Source: a virus
Lineage: Duplodnaviria; Caudoviricetes
Virus record (IMG/VR): IMGVR_UViG_3300017903_000590
Coordinates: 1 to 27,887 of that record
DNA: 27,887 nucleotides
Reading direction: 5' to 3' (one strand)
Position 1 is the first letter of the stretch. Each line of letters opens with the position of its first letter. Below the pieces are notes generated by a model. That model saw only the letters and a list, made by a program, of their open reading frames with translations. It was not told where the DNA came from and searched no databases. Made by a program: the position numbers and the translations under genes. Below are positions 9,438-16,800 of the stretch, in pieces.

Positions 9438-9522
9438 TGTTTTGCTCCCTCTCTCGTTTCTCTTTTTCAAGATCACGATGTCTAGGATTTCTTACAAAAA
9501 CTTGTGGTTGTCTATCTGCCAT
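9430..9522 (-). CDS. 30-aa microprotein (not in ORF track)
   Basis: MADRQPQVFVRNPRHRDLEKEKREREQNNG; fills the gap between the neighbouring genes. Confidence 0.65.
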   Translation of the reverse strand: MADRQPQVFVRNPRHRDLEKEKREREQNNG

Positions 9523-9524
9523 GA

Positions 9525-9839
9525 TTAAGATCCTAATGTTGATCCATCTCTTGGATTTCTAATTGGACTTAAATCTTTTGTAGCAGCTTCAGCACCTGGA
9601 GTTGGAAACAATCTACCACCTACTAAACTTCTAGTTCCTCTACGGATCTTTGAAGTTCTTCGTCTAAGAGTTCTAGTAATATCTCTTTTCTTTTCTGGTA
9701 CAGTTTCTTTTGCAACTTCAGCAGCTCTAGTTTGTTGAGTTCTTTTTTTCTTTGGTGTAATTCCTACAGCTTCGCCAACACCACCAACTACATCTTCAAC
9801 TACATCAACAGCTTTATCTATGATTGGTACTCCACCCAT
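9525..9839 (-). CDS. Small basic putative virion protein (MGG start)
   Basis: 104 aa; amphipathic N-terminus, RRGTRSL segment, C-terminal TLGS; SD AAGGAG. Confidence 0.7.
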   Translation of the reverse strand: MGGVPIIDKAVDVVEDVVGGVGEAVGITPKKKRTQQTRAAEVAKETVPEKKRDITRTLRRRTSKIRRGTRSLVGGRLFPTPGAEAATKDLSPIRNPRDGSTLGS

Positions 9840-10105
9840 TATGCACTCCTTTCATCTTCATACGGATTTCTTAAATACGATTGTACTGTAGACATTTTAC
9901 CTCCCACACCTAATTGTGGGATAGCTCGGTCTTGTGAGAACAATAATCTTCCACCACCTCTACTAGCTCGTCTCTTAGCAGCAAGTTTTCTTAACTCTTT
10001 TTTCTCTGATGCTTCAGCTCTAGCTTCTCTCTCATCCAACAACTTATTAGCTTCTGCTTGTTGTGGAGGAGGAGAATAACTTGGTGTCTTAAATAGTGAT
10101 CCCAT
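9839..10105 (-). CDS. Small basic putative virion protein (T7 gp6.7/7.3-like position)
   Basis: 88 aa; MGSLFKTPSYSPPP start, RRASRGGGRLL segment. Confidence 0.7.
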   Translation of the reverse strand: MGSLFKTPSYSPPPQQAEANKLLDEREARAEASEKKELRKLAAKRRASRGGGRLLFSQDRAIPQLGVGGKMSTVQSYLRNPYEDERSA

Positions 10106-10107
10106 AA

Positions 10108-10611
10108 TTACCTCTCGAATATTCTACTATACATTATCATATCATTTTTATTAAAAGTATATTTTTTTAATACACCTTCTCTTTCAAAATATATACTTTC
10201 AATCCATTTGATAGCACGAACATTAAGAGCACTAACTGTTACATGAAGTCTATGCAGATTTAATTCTTCAGCACAAGTCTCCATAAACTTTAATGCACCT
10301 TTATGAAATTTTAATCTGTGTTTAAAAATTAATTTCATATCTGGTATTAGCCATAGTTCTGCAACTCCTGGCCATTGTGGTGATACACCAAAACAAACTA
10401 TAGGTTTACCATTGTCAACAACTGTATATGCAAATCCTTTTTTGGCAGCTTGGTCTAAATAATTTAAATAACCAGGTATCTGATCCATGTTAGCTTTATC
10501 TTCTGGATGTAAATCCATTAAGGTCAATAGGTAAGATTTAAATGGTAATACTGTTAATGGTCCTTTGGCTCCATCAATTCTAAATATACTTTCAAGTGTC
10601 GATAGGTTCAT
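10108..10611 (-). CDS. GNAT-fold acyltransferase-like protein (T7 gp13/RimJ-like)
   Basis: 167 aa; GVAELWLI, LHRLHVTV...NVRAIKWIESIYFEREGVLKKY GNAT motif. Confidence 0.75.
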   Translation of the reverse strand: MNLSTLESIFRIDGAKGPLTVLPFKSYLLTLMDLHPEDKANMDQIPGYLNYLDQAAKKGFAYTVVDNGKPIVCFGVSPQWPGVAELWLIPDMKLIFKHRLKFHKGALKFMETCAEELNLHRLHVTVSALNVRAIKWIESIYFEREGVLKKYTFNKNDMIMYSRIFER

Positions 10612-10759
10612 AAGTTAATCTAAATCTTTTCGGAAACCTTAACTGCTTTAATTTTTTTTCTGTGCATTCTAGAACAACTTCTGTTTCTAATTGCATTTCG
10701 TTTGTTAACCAAACTTTTACTCTCCATTTTCTTTTAGTATCTTTGCTATGTTCTTCCAT
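10592..10759 (-). CDS. Hypothetical protein (55 aa)
   Basis: Probable start MEEHSK behind a GGAG SD; overlaps both neighbours. Confidence 0.55.
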   Translation of the reverse strand: MEEHSKDTKRKWRVKVWLTNEMQLETEVVLECTEKKLKQLRFPKRFRLTYEPIDT

Positions 10760-11040
10760 AAACTCCAGTTCATTAAGACACAAGGTTCATCATAATCTTC
10801 TACCATTATTAGCAGATCGGCTGAACCTTTCCATCTTTTAATTGTTGCAAATCCTTTTCCATCTTTTCTTGCTTTCACTTCACAATTTAATCCACCCATT
10901 AATTTAACCTGGACATCATGAGGAAAGTCTTGCAAGGCACCGGATAGTGGTTGTCTCCTGGCATCAATACCAATATCTTCAAATAGTTTAACTATCTTTC
11001 TTTCTACTCTGGTTCCTTTTATTTTTGATTTACTACTCAT
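10717..11040 (-). CDS. Holliday junction resolvase, Hjc-type PD-(D/E)XK nuclease
   Basis: KG...ER, R.PLSGA, PHDV and EVK motifs. Confidence 0.8.
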   Translation of the reverse strand: MSSKSKIKGTRVERKIVKLFEDIGIDARRQPLSGALQDFPHDVQVKLMGGLNCEVKARKDGKGFATIKRWKGSADLLIMVEDYDEPCVLMNWSLWKNIAKILKENGE

Positions 11041-12557
11041 GCAAATATATCAAAGTCCGTATTAGCTGTTGCTTGTTTAAAGTTTGGATTACTTCCTCTT
11101 GTTAGAGCTCTGTGTTCACCACCACCTAACAGTAAATACATATACGCATCACCGACATGGGAATGTTCATTCTTGTTTGGTTGATCTCTAAATCTTTCTG
11201 CTCCAGATACTTGAACTCGTTTGAAGTGATAACCACCACTCAATGCCTTACGCAATCTTTTACACTTACTGTCAATCAATAGACCTGGTTTACCATCAAT
11301 CAATCTATTCATTGGCATTGCACCAGCTTCTCTTCTAACTTTAAAATCGTTAGTGGCAGTTGGTCTAGCAGTTAAACCTATAGACCTTAAATGATCGAAT
11401 GCAGTCACTTCGTAAATCTCATCTCTCTTTTGTCCGGCTGGATCACCCCATACTAATACATCAAACTTTGGATACCTACTAGCTAATTCTGTTTTTAACA
11501 TACTACCAAATCTTTCTAGGCCCATATCAAAAGTTACTAACTCATGTAATACTACCCACCTACCATTAGATAATCTTTGTCCAAAGATAGCTGCTGGAGT
11601 TAAACCAAAGTCAACACCTACTTGAATTGGTACAGATGGATCTGGTTCTAAATGTTCTTGAGACATAATGTTGTCATCGTATTCACTAATAATGGGTTTG
11701 CCTTCTTGGACATAAGTATAAAGGCCCTGGGCATAACATCTTATCCAATCAATATTCTTTCCAAGTAATGTTTGCTCATAGTAGCCAGTCGGTAAATTTT
11801 TTTTATTTTCTGCTTTAGGGTTTGCCATCCACCACTTCTTAGCACTATAGATAAATCCATTTGCTTCCGGGTTTTCTGGTAAATCATCTTTCATGTATTC
11901 AATAACTGCTCCAGGCTGTTTGTAAAACTTCCAGGCATAAGGACCAGACATCTTTTCTTTTTCTGATAATCGATACCACCAATGGTCATCATCCATCGGG
12001 TTTGTATCCATAATAATTCCTCTCCAGGGTTTTGCTCCTCCATCCGATAATGTGGGGTAACGACCAACACGATGCGTAAGACCATCGATAACTGCTTTAG
12101 GTAATTCTCTGGCCTCGTTAACCCACGCACCAGTAAGTTCCATTGATAATAACTTCCTAACATCTTTGGGCTGGTCAAGGGCTAAGAATATTACTTCACA
12201 ATCTATTCCTGGAGCTCCATCTCTAGGTGGTAACTTAATGTGATGCGTTAAGGGAGGGCTCCATCTAAATGGCCCCCAAATGTTCTCTGGAAAAAGTTCT
12301 TGCCATGTTTTTATAGTAGTTGTCCTCAACTCGGGATAAGAGTTACGCACTACAACAAACCTAGAATACTTAATCCCGTCACGAGGACTTTGTACTTGGC
12401 TAACAGCTTTTAACATTATCTCTGCTGCACAGGCATAAGATTTACCACTTCCTACCGGGCCCATCAAACCTCTAACAAAAGATTTATCTTTAAGAAACTT
12501 CCATACTGTAGGTGAAGTAGAAAAGTCTAAATTAAGATTTGTTATTGCATCACTCAT
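11037..12557 (-). CDS. terL: Terminase large subunit
   Basis: Walker A GPVGSGKS, Walker B-like WVNEARE, DTNP coupling motif, nuclease GVDFG and SHVGDA motifs. Confidence 0.95.
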   Translation of the reverse strand: MSDAITNLNLDFSTSPTVWKFLKDKSFVRGLMGPVGSGKSYACAAEIMLKAVSQVQSPRDGIKYSRFVVVRNSYPELRTTTIKTWQELFPENIWGPFRWSPPLTHHIKLPPRDGAPGIDCEVIFLALDQPKDVRKLLSMELTGAWVNEARELPKAVIDGLTHRVGRYPTLSDGGAKPWRGIIMDTNPMDDDHWWYRLSEKEKMSGPYAWKFYKQPGAVIEYMKDDLPENPEANGFIYSAKKWWMANPKAENKKNLPTGYYEQTLLGKNIDWIRCYAQGLYTYVQEGKPIISEYDDNIMSQEHLEPDPSVPIQVGVDFGLTPAAIFGQRLSNGRWVVLHELVTFDMGLERFGSMLKTELASRYPKFDVLVWGDPAGQKRDEIYEVTAFDHLRSIGLTARPTATNDFKVRREAGAMPMNRLIDGKPGLLIDSKCKRLRKALSGGYHFKRVQVSGAERFRDQPNKNEHSHVGDAYMYLLLGGGEHRALTRGSNPNFKQATANTDFDIFA

Positions 12558-13711
12558 CTGATCTCACTAAATATGTGTTTAATTACTTCAACAGTCCATC
12601 CGTTACCTAACATTCTATATCTTTGAGTATTAGATACACCTTCAGTATAACCATCTGGTACAGTTTGTAATCTTTCACATTCTGTTGGTGTTAACTTTCT
12701 ATAATATAATTCTGTGCCTTTATTACCAACACTATCCCATTCATGTCTATCGTAACTACCTCTACCACCAGTTCTAACTGTCTTAGATTTTTCTCTAACT
12801 AATACATTATCTTTTTGTACTGTAGTTAAAGTATTTGTTTTTTCATCATCTCTAATTTCTAAATTTTGTTTAATAGTTCCATCTTGGTCATATCTACCTC
12901 TATATGCACCACATAAAATTTTAGGAATAGATGCTGCTTGAGCAGCTAAAGTTCCACTAGGTTTATCTAGTTTACGGACACGATCTTGTTGCGAGTTATA
13001 TCCTTTACCACTTACATCAAATTGAAAATAAGTAGTTCTTTCTTTTATTCGTTCTGGATTTTTTATTGGAACTAAAGTCATTCCATTATTGCCAGCACCT
13101 TTGTACATAGTAGATGTCATGCACAATGATTTTTCATCTACCTCTTTACAATGTCTTTGATTTCTTTCTGTGTCTTTTAGTGGATCTACATCTTCTAAAT
13201 TTTCTAATATATCTTTTAAGATTAAACCTTTGTCTTGAGGCTGAGTAATATTAGGGATGTTAGTCCAATATAATCTAACTCTATTCTGAGCTGATACCAA
13301 TGCACTATTAATCATAATAGGTTCAACACCTAGATGTTCAGTAATTACATCTTGATACTGTTGTTTCATTCTAACATTCTCTAATAAAAAATATTTAGGT
13401 TTGCATTCTCTTAGTAACCTTACAAACTCAAAAAACAATGCACTTCTAGGATCATCAAAATTTAATTGTCTACCAGCAAAACTAAAACCCTGGCAAGGTG
13501 AACCACCCATTAATAAATCTATAGGTTCTAAATCTTCTGCTTTAACTTTGGTTACATCACCTAAATGGATTGTATTAGGGAAATTTTTTTTTGTAATACT
13601 AATGGCATACTTGTCGATTTCACTTGCATAATATTTATCAACTTTAATACCTAATTGATTTAATGCTATCTGCCCACAGGACATTCCATCAAATAAACTT
13701 AATACATTCAT
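12554..13711 (-). CDS. DNA (cytosine-5) methyltransferase
   Basis: Motif I LFDGMSCG, catalytic GSPCQ, ENV, QNRVRLY, RKLTPTECERLQ and LGNGW motifs. Confidence 0.95.
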   Translation of the reverse strand: MNVLSLFDGMSCGQIALNQLGIKVDKYYASEIDKYAISITKKNFPNTIHLGDVTKVKAEDLEPIDLLMGGSPCQGFSFAGRQLNFDDPRSALFFEFVRLLRECKPKYFLLENVRMKQQYQDVITEHLGVEPIMINSALVSAQNRVRLYWTNIPNITQPQDKGLILKDILENLEDVDPLKDTERNQRHCKEVDEKSLCMTSTMYKGAGNNGMTLVPIKNPERIKERTTYFQFDVSGKGYNSQQDRVRKLDKPSGTLAAQAASIPKILCGAYRGRYDQDGTIKQNLEIRDDEKTNTLTTVQKDNVLVREKSKTVRTGGRGSYDRHEWDSVGNKGTELYYRKLTPTECERLQTVPDGYTEGVSNTQRYRMLGNGWTVEVIKHIFSEIR

Positions 13712-13713
13712 TA

Positions 13714-13911
13714 TTAGTAGTTTTCTAAAGTATGTAACATAGAAACTATACGATAGCTATCCTCTGATTTCTTTTTCATAACAATATTTTTCCAATCCTT
13801 TGTTGATCGACCTACAATCCTGGCACAATGTTCGTCACTCAGTTTCTTCCTTAACATCACCACTTGAACTCGGTCTATCTCCTCCGGTGTCATTAGTCTG
13901 TTCTTCGGCAT
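13714..13911 (-). CDS. Hypothetical protein, possible HTH
   Basis: 65 aa; LSDEHCARIVGRSTKDWKNIV resembles an HTH; overlaps the terS 3' end. Confidence 0.55.
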   Translation of the reverse strand: MPKNRLMTPEEIDRVQVVMLRKKLSDEHCARIVGRSTKDWKNIVMKKKSEDSYRIVSMLHTLENY

Positions 13912-14350
13912 CTGTTACATCTCCATCAATTATTTTTGGTTCTGGCCCATGCATGACAATACCCACTACTGAAGGTTTATCAATATCCTCTTGTTGTTCT
14001 AATAAACCAGAAGCCTTCGCTAATGTTCTTAGAACTGATACCTTGTCATGTAGTTCTACTTCTAACTGAGGACCAGCTTTTGTCGGTATCATCTTAATTT
14101 TTTTTATAGCCTTGATTGCTGCTTTCGGTATGTTTTTAGGATCTTTTACAGAGACATTACCCTGGTCATCCCACCAAACAATATCGGCAATATTAGCTGT
14201 TGCTATATCAATTAGTTCTTGAGCAACATTCTCTTTGTTGTGCTCAATGACTTCAGATTTCTTTAATCTCCTCTGGACCACTCGGATACCACCGAAACGA
14301 TCCAAAGGAGGTTTTACTATCCTTTTCTTTTTAGAAGGGGATGTCGTCAT
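13835..14350 (-). CDS. terS: Terminase small subunit
   Basis: ELIDIATANIADIV.W...AIKKIK...VELHDK...L..LAK pattern of Terminase_2-like TerS; upstream of terL. Confidence 0.8.
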   Translation of the reverse strand: MTTSPSKKKRIVKPPLDRFGGIRVVQRRLKKSEVIEHNKENVAQELIDIATANIADIVWWDDQGNVSVKDPKNIPKAAIKAIKKIKMIPTKAGPQLEVELHDKVSVLRTLAKASGLLEQQEDIDKPSVVGIVMHGPEPKIIDGDVTDAEEQTNDTGGDRPSSSGDVKEETE

Positions 14351-14648
14351 CTAACTGTTCTTTTCCCTTATCTGCTGCTGACTGCTGGTGTTGAGGAATA
14401 TTTCCTGTTCCTTCATTATTATTCTCAAACACTCTAAAAAATATAACAGCATCTCCTTTGTTATACTCTTTACTTGGATCTTTGTTGTATATCTTAATAT
14501 CCAAAGCTCCAGGTACTGGTGTTCTTACACCGGTTTCTTTATCGTAGTTGGAACCTTCCCAAGTCTCAATAATAAACTCACCCTCTGAAAGAGTAGTTGT
14601 TTTCATTAGCTTGAAAGTTCGGTTACTGTGTGTAGGTCCGTTAGACAT
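14331..14648 (-). CDS. Putative ssDNA-binding protein with an acidic DDDIPF tail
   Basis: 105 aa with a beta-rich core and C-terminal LDDDIPF matching the bacterial SSB tip; SD GAAAGGA. Confidence 0.6.
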   Translation of the reverse strand: MSNGPTHSNRTFKLMKTTTLSEGEFIIETWEGSNYDKETGVRTPVPGALDIKIYNKDPSKEYNKGDAVIFFRVFENNNEGTGNIPQHQQSAADKGKEQLDDDIPF

Positions 14649-14683
14649 ATATTTCCTTTCTGTTATGTTTCCGATTTGTTTCT

Positions 14684-14711
14684 ATTATACTGATTAATGA
14701 AATTTCTGCAA
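14684..14711 (-). promoter_or_regulatory. Sigma70-like promoter for the packaging/head operon
   Basis: TTGCAG (14711-14706), 16 nt spacer, perfect TATAAT (14689-14684). Confidence 0.65.
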
Positions 14712-14726
14712 AAAAATTGTGAGGAA

Positions 14727-14768
14727 CCCCCCATATATAGACAGACGCCCCACCCCCCAAGGTGCGTC
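14727..14768 (-). other. G-tract/hairpin element, candidate packaging (pac) or terminus signal
   Basis: Minus strand GACGCACCTTGGGGGGTGGGGCGTCTGTCTATATATGGGGGG followed by a T7 tract, in an AT-rich genome upstream of terS. Confidence 0.4.
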
Positions 14769-14833
14769 ATTCTGGACCAACTGCCTCTTCGTAAATAATC
14801 GTGGGTTATAAAGTGTAAAGGTTCGTTTACCAT

Positions 14834-15721
14834 TTATAAATACCTCATGTTCTTGCTTCTAGATATTTTCTTTATCATTCTCTGTAGCTCTTCCTTCTTA
14901 TCTACTGGTGCTGCTTGTCTAAAGAATACATTCTCAAAGAATACAATACTTTTAACACTATCCTTTTTATTATCTCTTCTCCATATCAAGACATCCTTTA
15001 TCTTCTTTACAGCAGTATCTGGATCTAGGTTCCTGTCCTTTATCCAGGAACACAGAATGTCCAGGTGTCCTTGACTGTACTGAAGATGTTGTCCGAATAT
15101 TTGTTCGGTTAGTTTCCTAAACTCATTCATAACATATTTACCTTTAGGGTATATATCATTGTTAAGTTTGTTGTTATGTATCGTCTCTGAATGAATATCT
15201 ACATATTCCTTGGAGTGAATATCTACCTTATCTCCCTCTTTTACAGTAGGCTTTACCTCTATCTTTGTATTCCTTCTGAGTGAATACTTAGTCTTGTCAT
15301 CCATCTTAGGTCCTTTAGGTATTTCTGGTTTCTCTTCGTAGCTTCTATCATCAACAGTAGCAGTCGCTTTGGCATCCTCTTCCGTTATCTCTGGATCGAA
15401 TACCATGAAGTATTTATTGCCTTTGAGCCCAGGATGTTTCTTAGCATATCGTATGTAACCCATATCAATTAGTTTCTTAATATGTTTACTCACAGTAGAC
15501 TGAGACTTAATTCCTAGGACCTTGGCAATAGTTACTTGGTTCGGCCAACACACACCTTGTCTCGATGTATAGTTACCTAACGCACACAGAACCATAAAAG
15601 TCCTGGGGTATTGTTTGAACCTTATATCAGCAACAGCTCTCTGTGGAATGACACAGAAGTGGCCAGGAGTTCTGCCGGTTCCGTAATCTGCTTTATCTTT
15701 ATTTTTCGGAGCAGTAGCCAT
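14834..15721 (-). CDS. Replication initiator with N-terminal winged HTH
   Basis: GVCWPNQVTIAKVLGIKSQSTVSKHIKKLIDMGYI (HTH_36-like); low-complexity linker containing DNA repeats. Confidence 0.75.
   Translation of the reverse strand: MATAPKNKDKADYGTGRTPGHFCVIPQRAVADIRFKQYPRTFMVLCALGNYTSRQGVCWPNQVTIAKVLGIKSQSTVSKHIKKLIDMGYIRYAKKHPGLKGNKYFMVFDPEITEEDAKATATVDDRSYEEKPEIPKGPKMDDKTKYSLRRNTKIEVKPTVKEGDKVDIHSKEYVDIHSETIHNNKLNNDIYPKGKYVMNEFRKLTEQIFGQHLQYSQGHLDILCSWIKDRNLDPDTAVKKIKDVLIWRRDNKKDSVKSIVFFENVFFRQAAPVDKKEELQRMIKKISRSKNMRYL
15189..15286. repeat. Iteron-like repeats inside the replication gene (candidate origin)
   Basis: GARTGAATA at 15189, 15213 and 15278; TGAATATCTAC at 15192 and 15216; TATTC-N8/9-GAATA inverted repeats at 15204 and 15268. 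Confidence 0.6.
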
Positions 15722-16235
15722 GCGTGATGTTATTCAGTAGTTCTTGTTTTACTTTCGTATAATCTGACCACAGTCCAATACCTTCCTTTGTATTTTGAGA
15801 CCAATGTTTCTTCTTCTCTAGCTTCATCTTATGATGATGGCATACAGTTGTGTGATCTCTGTCTCCACAAGTTCTGGCAATGTGAGTAACACCATGTTTA
15901 GTTAAGTCTAGACACAAGTTAAGATACAAGGACCTAGCTCGTACTAAATCTTTATATCGTCTATCGGATTGTATTTCTTCTGGAGTAAAATCCATGTAAC
16001 GACACACAGCCAACAGAATATCTTTTAACCATATTCTGCCTTCTGCTTTCTCTGGATAGTAATTAATCTCCACCTTGAGTAAGTTTATCTTTTCCTGGAT
16101 TAAGTCTCGTCTCTTCTCCAGGTTCTCTATCTCAATAATTTTTAGTTCTCTTGGAGATAGCTGCTCTAGTTCTTTTAATGGTTTAGCTGGTCTCATGACT
16201 GGATTATTTATTAGGTTCATTGTCATCCTTTCCAT
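15699..16235 (-). CDS. Protein containing only the DnaA C-terminal (domain IV) DNA-binding domain
   Basis: ILLAVC.Y...EEIQSDRR...LVRAR...IARTCGDRDHTTV matches Bac_DnaA_C; N-terminal coiled coil; no AAA+ domain. Confidence 0.85.
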   Translation of the reverse strand: MERMTMNLINNPVMRPAKPLKELEQLSPRELKIIEIENLEKRRDLIQEKINLLKVEINYYPEKAEGRIWLKDILLAVCRYMDFTPEEIQSDRRYKDLVRARSLYLNLCLDLTKHGVTHIARTCGDRDHTTVCHHHKMKLEKKKHWSQNTKEGIGLWSDYTKVKQELLNNITHGYCSEK

Positions 16236-16497
16236 GAATGTTTACTACATTCCCTTGTTGTTTATTGATTAAGTCAGTTAAAGTTTTCAAAAGATACTCT
16301 ACGAACCAATGAGCTTTAGCTACATCTTCTCTTGCACCCTTGAGTGTTGGAACTTTCAATCCCATTCTCGCAATGTACTTCATGATGGAACCTTTCAAGT
16401 AACCGATGAACTCAGCATCAGTTAGTTGTGATTTGATAGCTTCAATAGTTTCGATTGTTTTCTTTTTGTAATGGTCTGGGTTAATCTTGTCCGACAT
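16204..16497 (-). CDS. DUF3310 family protein (T7 gp1.7-like)
   Basis: INPDHYK...ETIEAI...GYLKGSIMKYIAR.G.K...EDVAKAHWF motif. Confidence 0.85.
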   Translation of the reverse strand: MSDKINPDHYKKKTIETIEAIKSQLTDAEFIGYLKGSIMKYIARMGLKVPTLKGAREDVAKAHWFVEYLLKTLTDLINKQQGNVVNIHGKDDNEPNK

Positions 16498-16702
16498 GAG
16501 CCCCCACCATTCCAGCAGCTTCGACTAACTTGTCGATGTTGTCTTGTTTCATCTTAGGTCTAATCATTAGTCCTTGTTCCAGGAGTTGAGACACTAAAGT
16601 TACCATTGGAATGCGTTCCAACTTCGCTTGAGCTTGTAATCTGTCTTTGAGATCCTGGGAGATTTTCATGTAGAAAGGTGTTAATTCCTTGTTTTTAGGC
16701 AT
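16481..16702 (-). CDS. Ribbon-helix-helix (Arc-like) regulator
   Basis: TPFYMKISQDLKDRLQAQAKLERIPMVTLVSQLLEQGL strand-helix-helix pattern; first gene of the leftward arm; SD AGGAG. Confidence 0.75.
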   Translation of the reverse strand: MPKNKELTPFYMKISQDLKDRLQAQAKLERIPMVTLVSQLLEQGLMIRPKMKQDNIDKLVEAAGMVGAHVGQD

Positions 16703-16800
16703 ATTTTTCTCCTATGGTTAATATATCTTGCAAATATACCATAGATATCTTATAAGTATTCATGTACAATACGAGAACAACAATGAAAGGAAATATAACA
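16703..16800. promoter_or_regulatory. Divergent promoter/operator region
   Basis: Plus strand TTGCAA-N17-TATAAG and TAGATA-N17-TACAAT; minus strand extended -10 TGGTATATT; inverted repeat CTATGGT (16712) / ACCATAG (16738). Confidence 0.65.

Noticed and set aside
14663-14833. 56-aa minus-strand ORF (MVNEPLHF...) immediately after the initiator stop
   Set aside because: It runs through the G-tract element and the promoter, has atypical composition and no SD; more likely non-coding.
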